Source: Gemmatimonadales bacterium
GTDB lineage: Bacteria; Gemmatimonadota; Gemmatimonadetes; Gemmatimonadales; JACORV01
DNA: 45,296 bases
Assembly: GCA_044449445.1 (NCBI GenBank)
Contig: JBIOIA010000002.1
Coordinates: 1-45,296 of the forward strand
Direction of reading: 5' to 3'
The position numbers were made by a program, and so were the translations under genes. The notes beneath the pieces are model-generated. The model saw only the letters and a list, made by a program, of their open reading frames with translations, did not search any database and was not told the origin of the DNA. This document shows positions 9,950 to 17,330 of this stretch, piece after piece. Every line of letters starts with the position of its first letter. Position 1 is the stretch's first letter.

Positions 9950-11014
9950 CTACTCGTTGCGCGCCATCGCGAGGTCCACGATGGCGCCCATCGCCTCGGC
10001 GTAGGAACGGCCCGACTTGCGCGCGGCCATCGCGAACTCGGCGCCCGAGCTGAGCCACGGGTTCGGGTTCGCCTCGATGACGTAGATCTTTCCCTCCCCG
10101 GTCAGCCGCAGGTCGATGCGCCCGTAGTCGCGCAGCTGGAGCGCCTGGTAGGCGGCCACCGCGGTCTGCTGCAGGCTCTCGGCGGTCTCGCCGTCCAGGT
10201 CTTCGGCGATCCTCGAGCGCGTCTTCCTGTACGCCTCGGTGTCCTTGTCCCACTTCACCTCGGTGCCCGCGATCCGCGGCGTGCCCTCGGGCAGCTTCGA
10301 GAGGTCCATCTCGACCAGGGGCAGCGCCTCCGGCTGCTCGTTGCCGAGGATCGAGGCGTAGATCTCGCGGCCCTCGATGTACTCCTCGATCAGCGCCGGC
10401 GTGTCGAATTCCTCGTGGATGTAGTGGATGCGCTCCATCAGCTCCTTGACGCTCGAGACCACGGACCCCGCGTCGATGCCGATCGAGCCGTCCTCGCTCT
10501 GCGGCTTCACGATGAGCGGGAACGCGATGTCGTGGGCGTGCTCGCTGAAGCCCTTGTAGCTGACGGCGAAGAACGGCGTGCGGATGTCGTGGAAATGGAA
10601 CAGCTTCTTGGCGAGCGACTTGTTCTGGGCGAGGTAGAGGCCCTGCGGGCCGGCGCCGGTGTAGGGCAGGTCGAGCAGGTCGAGGTACGCGGCGACGTTC
10701 ATGTCCTTGGTGTCGTCGCCGGCGTACGACTCCGACAGGTTGAAGATCAGATCCGCCCGCGTCTTGGCGACGGCCAGGAGGGAAGGATCCGCGCCGTCGA
10801 TGACGAGGTAGCTCGGCTGGTGGCCCAGCCTGCCTAACGCTTCGAAGATCTCTTCGCGGTCGAGCTTGGGCCGGCGCACCTTCCTGGTCTTCCGGCCCTT
10901 GCGGCGGCGCCGGCGAGGCGCGGGCTCCTGGACCAGCACGTCCGCGGTCGGCTCCTCGGCGCCATCGTCCCAGGTGTCGTAGAGGATCGCGACCTTCAGG
11001 CCCTCGTATGCCAC
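9950..11014 (-). CDS. ATP-grasp ligase, D-Ala-D-Ala ligase-like family, with polybasic insert
   Basis: 354 aa. Motifs PLIVKPQSEDGSIGI, EEYIEGREIY and IYVIEANPNPWL. Residues 34-50 read RRRRRKGRKTRKVRRPK. Confidence 0.85.
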   Translation of the reverse strand: MAYEGLKVAILYDTWDDGAEEPTADVLVQEPAPRRRRRKGRKTRKVRRPKLDREEIFEALGRLGHQPSYLVIDGADPSLLAVAKTRADLIFNLSESYAGDDTKDMNVAAYLDLLDLPYTGAGPQGLYLAQNKSLAKKLFHFHDIRTPFFAVSYKGFSEHAHDIAFPLIVKPQSEDGSIGIDAGSVVSSVKELMERIHYIHEEFDTPALIEEYIEGREIYASILGNEQPEALPLVEMDLSKLPEGTPRIAGTEVKWDKDTEAYRKTRSRIAEDLDGETAESLQQTAVAAYQALQLRDYGRIDLRLTGEGKIYVIEANPNPWLSSGAEFAMAARKSGRSYAEAMGAIVDLAMARNE

Positions 11015-11021
11015 GGATCTC

Positions 11022-12044
11022 CTAGGGCTGGGTGAAGCGGCCGCGGGCGAGGTAGTTCATCGCGAGCGCGGTCGTGTACGCGGTGACCTCCACCACGTGG
11101 GCCTGCTCGCGGCCGTGCTGCGTGGCCAGCTTGAGGTGCCGCACGCGGTCCTCGATGGATTCCACCAGCTTCTTCACCAGCGGCCGCCGCACGCCGGTCC
11201 AGTACGTCACCTTGTCCACGATGTCCTTGCGGCGCTCGGCGAGCAGGTCCGCAGCGGGGCGCACGTGGTTGCGCCGGACTCCGCGTTTCCGGACAAAGAT
11301 GTCCGCGAGGTCCGTATCGAGGGCGAGATCGGCGATGGCCTGGGACTCGTCGGGCATGGTCTGCCGGTAGAACTCACCCAGCGTGACCGCCATGTCGTCC
11401 ACCGTCACGTCGGTCTCGCCCATGGCGCGGACCGGCTCGCGGTTTGCGCACTGGCGCGCCATCCGGTCCACGTAGCGCAGTTTGCGCAGCGCGCCCCAAC
11501 CCTTGTAGCGCCGGCGCCAGTTGGACCGCGGCGTGAGCCACACGGCGAACGTCTCGGCGAAGTCCTCGTCGGGGTGCTTTTGCGCGTACCAGCCGGCGAT
11601 GTGCCTGACGTGGCGGCGCGAAAACGGCACGGGGCGGTAACGGTCGCGGTAGGGGCGGCGGAACGGGCCGAACACCGCCTTCCAGTCGTCCCGCTTGTAG
11701 AGCTCGTAGGCGTAGTTGAACGCGTGCCCGGCCTCGTGGCGCAGGTACATCATGATCTCGCGCTCGTCCTCGAGGTCGTTGATTTCGCGCTCAAGCGCCT
11801 GGAGCTTGGGATCGGCGAGGTAGAATGGAATGCCGATGACGGGCTCCTGATCGGGGCAGCCCCACTCGTCGGTGAGGTAGCAGCGCGGGCGGAAGTGCTT
11901 CAGTCCCTTGCGCTCGAGCTCCGCCTGGAGCTGCACGACGTACTTCTCGAGTGGCGAGCCCTCGAGGCGCAGGCCGAGGTCCTTGATGGGCCTGCCGAGC
12001 AGCTCGGGATCGGCGTGGGGCGCTTCGAAGGGATGCACGCTCAC
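11022..12044 (-). CDS. Putative zinc-dependent metallopeptidase (HEAGH ... HPDEDFAETFAVW), uncharacterised family
   Basis: 340 aa. HExxH motif in MYLRHEAGHAFNYAY plus a downstream acidic EDFAE segment. GTGA overlap with the upstream M20 gene. Confidence 0.7.
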   Translation of the reverse strand: MSVHPFEAPHADPELLGRPIKDLGLRLEGSPLEKYVVQLQAELERKGLKHFRPRCYLTDEWGCPDQEPVIGIPFYLADPKLQALEREINDLEDEREIMMYLRHEAGHAFNYAYELYKRDDWKAVFGPFRRPYRDRYRPVPFSRRHVRHIAGWYAQKHPDEDFAETFAVWLTPRSNWRRRYKGWGALRKLRYVDRMARQCANREPVRAMGETDVTVDDMAVTLGEFYRQTMPDESQAIADLALDTDLADIFVRKRGVRRNHVRPAADLLAERRKDIVDKVTYWTGVRRPLVKKLVESIEDRVRHLKLATQHGREQAHVVEVTAYTTALAMNYLARGRFTQP

Positions 12045-13285
12045 GCCTCGCCGGCGGCGACGGCCACGACCAGCGCCCTGAACACGCCGTCAGGACCGTT
12101 CGCGTTCTCGTACCACTCGGTCTCGAGGTGCGCGTCGCCGCCCTTGCCGCCGGCGCCGAGCGCGATGCCCGGCACGCCGCGGCTGATGGGCACGTTGGCA
12201 TCGGTGGACGCGGCGGCGAGCTGCGGGTTGGCGCCGAGGGCGCGCGTGGCGGCGAGCGCGGCCTGGACGAGCGGGTGCTTCTCGCTGGTCGCGCCCGAAG
12301 GGCGCTGGCCCAGCGGCGTCAGGTCGAGCGTCAGGGGCGGCGTTCCCGCCGAGCGACTGCGGTTCACGAGGTCAAGGGCGCGCGCGAGCGCGTTGGTTGC
12401 CGACTCGTAGAGGCGCTCGAGCGCGGCCTCGGACTCCGAGCGCAGGTCGAACTCGAGCCACGCTTCCTGCGGAATCGTGTTCAGCGAGCTGCCGCCGCCG
12501 ATGCGCACGACGCTGAGCGACGCGCGCGGGCTCGCCGGCAGCGGGATCTCGGCGATGCGCGCGGCGGCGAGGCCGACGGCGTGCGCGGGATTGGCGACGC
12601 CGAAGGCGGCCCACGAGTGCCCGCCGGGTCCCTTGAACGCGGCGCGCAGGCGCCGCGATCCCAGCGCCCGGTGGACCACGCGTTCCATGCCGGGCCCGTC
12701 CAGCGCGATGAACGCGTCGGGCGTGAACGCGGGATCTTCGAACAGGTGCTTGACGCCCTTGAGGTCGCCGTGCCCCTCCTCACCGACCGACGCGATGAAG
12801 GTGATCGGCTTGGCGGGGACGACGTCGCAGGCGCGGCACGCCTCGGCGACGGTGAGCAGCGCCGCGAGCCCGCGGGCGTTGTCGCCTATTCCGGGCGCGG
12901 CGATGCGCCCGTTGGTCTCCCGCACGTCGAGCGCGACGGAGGACGCGAAGACGGTGTCGAGGTGGGAGCACAGCACGACGCCGGGGCCGGTACCCCCGCC
13001 CAGCCGCCCGTGCACGTTGCCGGCCCGGTCGATCCGGGTTCCGGCGAGCCCCAGCGCCTCGAACCGCTCGGCGACGAAGGCACCGCGCCGGCCCTCGTCG
13101 CCCGTCGGGGCGGGGATCTTCACGATTGCGCGCTGAAGCTCGAGCACCCGCGCATCGTGGCCGAGCAGCCAGCCCCGGGCGCGCTCGATGTCGGCGCGGG
13201 CGAGGAGAGAGGTGACAGTGCGCTCCACGGCCGGAGCGTAACGTTCGGGCGGGTCCGCGGCAAGCGCGCTTGACGCGCTTTCCAC
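12041..13285 (-). CDS. M20-family metallopeptidase/deacylase
   Basis: 414 aa. CSHLDTVF, GIGDNARG and SVGEEGHGD metal-ligand motifs typical of M20 enzymes (ArgE/DapE/PepT-like). Confidence 0.85.
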   Translation of the reverse strand: MESASSALAADPPERYAPAVERTVTSLLARADIERARGWLLGHDARVLELQRAIVKIPAPTGDEGRRGAFVAERFEALGLAGTRIDRAGNVHGRLGGGTGPGVVLCSHLDTVFASSVALDVRETNGRIAAPGIGDNARGLAALLTVAEACRACDVVPAKPITFIASVGEEGHGDLKGVKHLFEDPAFTPDAFIALDGPGMERVVHRALGSRRLRAAFKGPGGHSWAAFGVANPAHAVGLAAARIAEIPLPASPRASLSVVRIGGGSSLNTIPQEAWLEFDLRSESEAALERLYESATNALARALDLVNRSRSAGTPPLTLDLTPLGQRPSGATSEKHPLVQAALAATRALGANPQLAAASTDANVPISRGVPGIALGAGGKGGDAHLETEWYENANGPDGVFRALVVAVAAGEA

Positions 13286-13297
13286 CTACCTTAGACT
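13270..13297 (+). promoter_or_regulatory. Sigma-70-like promoter of the LeuA-like/DUF885/MFS unit (TTGACG-N16-TAGACT)
   Basis: TTGACG at 13270-13275 and TAGACT at 13292-13297. ATG 13308 lies 10 nt downstream. Confidence 0.45.
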
Positions 13298-13307
13298 GGT
13301 GACGGCG

Positions 13308-14543
13308 ATGGAATACCGCGATCTCATTTACGACTGGAATGCCGAGGGCCCGGGCTTCGACTGGCCCGGCGCGCGCGTCGACCTCAACGACGAGACCCTG
13401 CGCGACGGCCTCCAGTGCCCGTCCGTGAAGGACCCGACGATGGACCAGAAGGTGCGGCTGCTGCACCTGATGGCCGAGCTGGGGATCGTCGCGGCCGACA
13501 TCGGCCTGCCGGGCGCCGGGCCAAGGGTCAGGGAGCAGGTGCTACGGCTCGCGCGCGAAATCGCGAGCGCGAAGCTCACCATCGCGCCCAACTGCGCGGC
13601 GCGCACCCACCTCAACGACGTCAGGCCGATCGTCGAGATCAGCCAGCAGGTCGGCATCGCGATCGAGGCCGCCACGTTCATCGGCAGCTCGCCGATCCGC
13701 CAGTACGCCGAGGACTGGACGCTCGACAAGATGTTGAAGACGAGCGAGGAGGCCGTGACGTTCGCCGTGAAGAACGGCCTGCCGGTCATGTTCGTCACCG
13801 AGGATACCACGCGCGCCCGGCCCGACGTGCTGAAGGCGCTCTACGGCAACGCGATCTCGTGGGGTGCGCGCCGCATCTGCCTGGCCGACACCGTGGGGCA
13901 CGCGACCCCCGACGGCGTGAGGCGGCTGGTGAAGTTCGTGAAAGAGCAGGTCGTCGCGCCCTCGGGCGAGGCCGTGAAGGTGGACTGGCACGGGCACCGG
14001 GACCGCGGGATGGGCGTGATCAACTGCCTGGCCGCGATCGAGGCCGGCGCGGACCGCGTGCACGCCACCGCGCTCGGCGTCGGCGAACGCGTGGGCAACG
14101 CCGAGATGGACCTGCTGATCGTGAACCTCCACCTGCTCGGCGCGTACCGCGGCGACCTGACGCGGCTGCCCGAGTATTGCCGGCTCGCCGCCGAGGCCGT
14201 GGGTCGCCCGATCGCCGTGGATTACCCGGTGATGGGCGCCGACGCGTTCCGCACCGGCACCGGCGTCCACGCGGCCGCGATCGTGAAGGCGCGCGCCAAG
14301 GGCGATGCCTGGCTCGCGGACCGCGTCTACTCCAGCGTGCCCGCGGGCGAGCTCGGCATGAGCCAGAAGATCGAGATCTCTCCGGTCTCGGGGCTCTCGA
14401 ACGTGCAGTTCTGGCTGGAAGCGCACGGCTACGACCCGATGAACGAGCGCGCCGCGCAGGCGCTGTTCGACGCGGCGAAGCACGCCGAGCGCGTTCTCAC
14501 GGACGAGGAGTGCCACAGGCTCGTGGCCGGCGCCAAGTCCTAG
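13308..14543 (+). CDS. LeuA-family DRE-TIM (HMGL-like) synthase/aldolase
   Basis: DETLRDGLQ motif and HGHRDRG...A. About 410 aa, with no obvious LeuA regulatory domain. ATG at 13308 is preferred over the track's GTG at 13299 because a promoter-like -10 box ends at 13297. Confidence 0.8.
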   Translation: MEYRDLIYDWNAEGPGFDWPGARVDLNDETLRDGLQCPSVKDPTMDQKVRLLHLMAELGIVAADIGLPGAGPRVREQVLRLAREIASAKLTIAPNCAARTHLNDVRPIVEISQQVGIAIEAATFIGSSPIRQYAEDWTLDKMLKTSEEAVTFAVKNGLPVMFVTEDTTRARPDVLKALYGNAISWGARRICLADTVGHATPDGVRRLVKFVKEQVVAPSGEAVKVDWHGHRDRGMGVINCLAAIEAGADRVHATALGVGERVGNAEMDLLIVNLHLLGAYRGDLTRLPEYCRLAAEAVGRPIAVDYPVMGADAFRTGTGVHAAAIVKARAKGDAWLADRVYSSVPAGELGMSQKIEISPVSGLSNVQFWLEAHGYDPMNERAAQALFDAAKHAERVLTDEECHRLVAGAKS

Positions 14544-16147
14544 TGGCCCCCGCGAGCTATCGCGAGCTGGTTCGCAGTTACCTCGACCTCAGGTGGCAGC
14601 TCGATCCGGTCGCCGCCACTCTGGCCGGGGTCCCGACACACGACGCGCACCTGGGCCGGTTCTCGCGCCCCGACGTCAAAATCCAGATCGCGGCGCTCAA
14701 GGCGATGGCGACCGCATTCGAGGCCGCTGAAGTGGACGCGCTCGCCGACCAGGTGGATCTCACGGCCGTCCTCAACGACACCCGGATATGGATCGCGCGG
14801 CTCGAGACGGAGAAGCCGCACGAGCTGAACCCCGAGTTCCATCTCTCGCACCTCCTGACCGGACTGTTCGCGCTGATGATCCGCGACGGCCAGCCGGTGG
14901 ACCTGCGCGGCCGCGCGCTCGCCGCGCGGCTGCTCGATACGCCGCGGTTCCTCACCGACGCCAGGACCGCGCTCCAGCGGCCGGCATCGGTCTTCACCGA
15001 GACGGCGGTGTCGGTTTCGCGCGGCGGGCGCACCCTGCTCCGGGAGGCGATCCCGCAATTCGCGACGGCGCTTCCGGTCGTCGTGAGGAAGCAGATCGAG
15101 GAGGCGCTGGTCCCGGCGCGCGATGCGTACGAGGAGTTCGCGGAGTTCCTGGCCGGCGAGCTGATCGACCGCTCGGACGGCGACTTCGCGATCGGGCGCG
15201 ACGCGTTCGACTTCCGGCTCCACTTCGAGCACGCGCTGCGCGAGAGCGCGCCCCAGCTGCTGCGCTACGGCGAATCGCTGGCCGCGGAGCTCACAGCCGA
15301 TCTCGAGCGCCGGGCCGAGGCGATCGCGCCGGGTACGCCGTGGCGGGCGCTCGCCGAGCGCCTGCGCAGGAACACGCCGCCGGCCGCCGGCCTGGTCGGG
15401 CGTTACGCCTCCGAGATGCAGCGCGCCCGCGAGTTCGTCGTGGGCAAGGGCCTGGTCAGCGTTCCCGACGGGCCGCTGGAAGTGGTTCCAACGCCCCCGT
15501 TCATGGAGCCGCTGATCCCGTTCGCCGCGTACGATCCTCCCGGCGCGTTCGCGGAGGAGCGCCGCGGCTGGTTCTACGTCACGGTTCCCGGCGCGGAGCG
15601 ACTCACGGACCACTGCGTGCACGAGATCGCGTGCACGGCGCTGCACGAGGGCTATCCGGGCCATCACCTGCAGTTCCTGCGCGCCTTCGAGCAACCCTCG
15701 CCGGTGCGGCGCGTCGTCAGCTCGCCGCTCACGGTCGAGGGCTGGGCGCTCTACTGCGAGGAGCTGATGGCCGACCAGGGTTTCCTCGCTTCGCAGGAAG
15801 AGGTGTTCTTCCAGCGGCTGCACCTGCTGTGGCGCGCGGTGCGCATCGTGCTCGACGTGCGGCTCCACACCATGGGGATGCCGATGGACGAGGCGGTGCG
15901 CTACATGACCGAATCGTTAGGCATCGGAAAGGGCAGCGCCGATGCCGAGGTGCGGCGGTACTGCGGCGCGCCGGCGTACCAGTTGTGCTACGCGGTGGGC
16001 CGCCGGGAGCTGCTGCGGCTGCGCGAGGACGCGAAGCGGCGCGCGGGTGCGTCCTTCTCGTTGCGGGGTTTCCACGATGAGGTGCTCTCGTACGGCGGGC
16101 TGCCGGTGTCGCTCATCCGGTGGGGGATGGGACTGGGCGATGGCTGA
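14543..16147 (+). CDS. DUF885-family protein (metallopeptidase-like HEGYPGHH motif)
   Basis: GTG at 14543 overlaps the upstream TAG by 1 nt. CTALHEGYPGHHLQF matches the DUF885 signature. Confidence 0.75.
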   Translation: MAPASYRELVRSYLDLRWQLDPVAATLAGVPTHDAHLGRFSRPDVKIQIAALKAMATAFEAAEVDALADQVDLTAVLNDTRIWIARLETEKPHELNPEFHLSHLLTGLFALMIRDGQPVDLRGRALAARLLDTPRFLTDARTALQRPASVFTETAVSVSRGGRTLLREAIPQFATALPVVVRKQIEEALVPARDAYEEFAEFLAGELIDRSDGDFAIGRDAFDFRLHFEHALRESAPQLLRYGESLAAELTADLERRAEAIAPGTPWRALAERLRRNTPPAAGLVGRYASEMQRAREFVVGKGLVSVPDGPLEVVPTPPFMEPLIPFAAYDPPGAFAEERRGWFYVTVPGAERLTDHCVHEIACTALHEGYPGHHLQFLRAFEQPSPVRRVVSSPLTVEGWALYCEELMADQGFLASQEEVFFQRLHLLWRAVRIVLDVRLHTMGMPMDEAVRYMTESLGIGKGSADAEVRRYCGAPAYQLCYAVGRRELLRLREDAKRRAGASFSLRGFHDEVLSYGGLPVSLIRWGMGLGDG

Positions 16148-17330
16148 GCGCTCCCGGCTCCCGCGCGCGGTCTACTGGTTCGGCGCGACCTCGCTCGCCA
16201 ACGACTTCGCGTCCGAGATCATCTACCCGCTGCTGCCGGCGTTCGTGACCCAGACGCTGGGCGGCGGCGCGCTCGCCCTGGGCGTCCTGGACGGGGTCGC
16301 GGATGCGGTCGCGGCGTCGTTCAAGCTGATCAGCGGCTACCTCGCCGAGCTCCGATGGACGCGCGGCATCATGGTGGTGCTCGGCTACGGGATCGCGACG
16401 CTGGTGCGCCCGCTGATCGCCATGGCGAGCGCGGCCTGGCACGTGATCGTGCTGCGGGCCGCCGACCGCGTCGGCAAGGGGATCCGCACGGCGCCCCGCG
16501 ACGTGATGATCGCGGACGTCACGGTGGACGAGATCCGCGGGCGCGCGTTCGGCCTGCACCGTGCGGCCGATCACGTCGGCGCGATTCTCGGCCCGCTCGC
16601 GGCAGCGCTCCTGCTCGCGCGCGGCTTCGCGGTGCGCGACGTGTTCTGGGTGGCGGCACTGCCCGGGGCGGCGGCGGTCATTCTGTCGTGGGTCGCCGTG
16701 CTCGCGGCGCGGCGCGCCGGATCCGGTTCGGGCGAGGGCCCCTCGCCTTGGGCGCAGACGGAACGGCAGGGTCGCGCGCCCGGCTTCGTATCGCTGGTGC
16801 TCGTCCTCGCGCTCGGCACGTTGCTGCGCGCACCGGAGACGCTCCTGATCCTGCGCACGCAGGACCTGGGGGTAGCGGTCGGCGCGGTGCCGCTCCTGTG
16901 GGCCGCGCTGCACGTGGTGCGATCGAGCGCGAGTTACGGCGGCGGCACGCTGGCCGACCGCTGGGGACCGCGCCGGACGATGGCGGTTGGCTGGGTGCTG
17001 TACGCGGCGTTGGCGGTGGGCTTCGCGCGCGCCACGACGATGGCGCAGGCGATCGCGCTGTTTCTGGCTTACGGACTCGTCGCCGCGCTGACCGAGAGCC
17101 CCGAGCGCAAGCTGATCGCGCACGTCTCGGGCGGCGCCAGGCGCGGCCGCGGCTTCGGCTGGTACCACGGAACGCTGAGCGCGGTGGCGCTTCCCGGCGC
17201 AGCGCTGTTCGGCTGGCTGTACCAGGCGCACGGCGCGGCGTTGGCCTTTGAAGTCAGCGCCGCGGCGACGATGCTGGCGGTGGCGTCGCTCGCGGCCGCA
17301 GGTGCGGCGCGCACCGGCGAGGCGGCCTAG
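16140..17330 (+). CDS. MFS transporter
   Basis: ATG at 16140 overlaps the DUF885 stop. About 12 hydrophobic segments. N-terminus YWFGATSLANDFASEIIYPLLPAF. Confidence 0.8.
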   Translation: MAERSRLPRAVYWFGATSLANDFASEIIYPLLPAFVTQTLGGGALALGVLDGVADAVAASFKLISGYLAELRWTRGIMVVLGYGIATLVRPLIAMASAAWHVIVLRAADRVGKGIRTAPRDVMIADVTVDEIRGRAFGLHRAADHVGAILGPLAAALLLARGFAVRDVFWVAALPGAAAVILSWVAVLAARRAGSGSGEGPSPWAQTERQGRAPGFVSLVLVLALGTLLRAPETLLILRTQDLGVAVGAVPLLWAALHVVRSSASYGGGTLADRWGPRRTMAVGWVLYAALAVGFARATTMAQAIALFLAYGLVAALTESPERKLIAHVSGGARRGRGFGWYHGTLSAVALPGAALFGWLYQAHGAALAFEVSAAATMLAVASLAAAGAARTGEAA

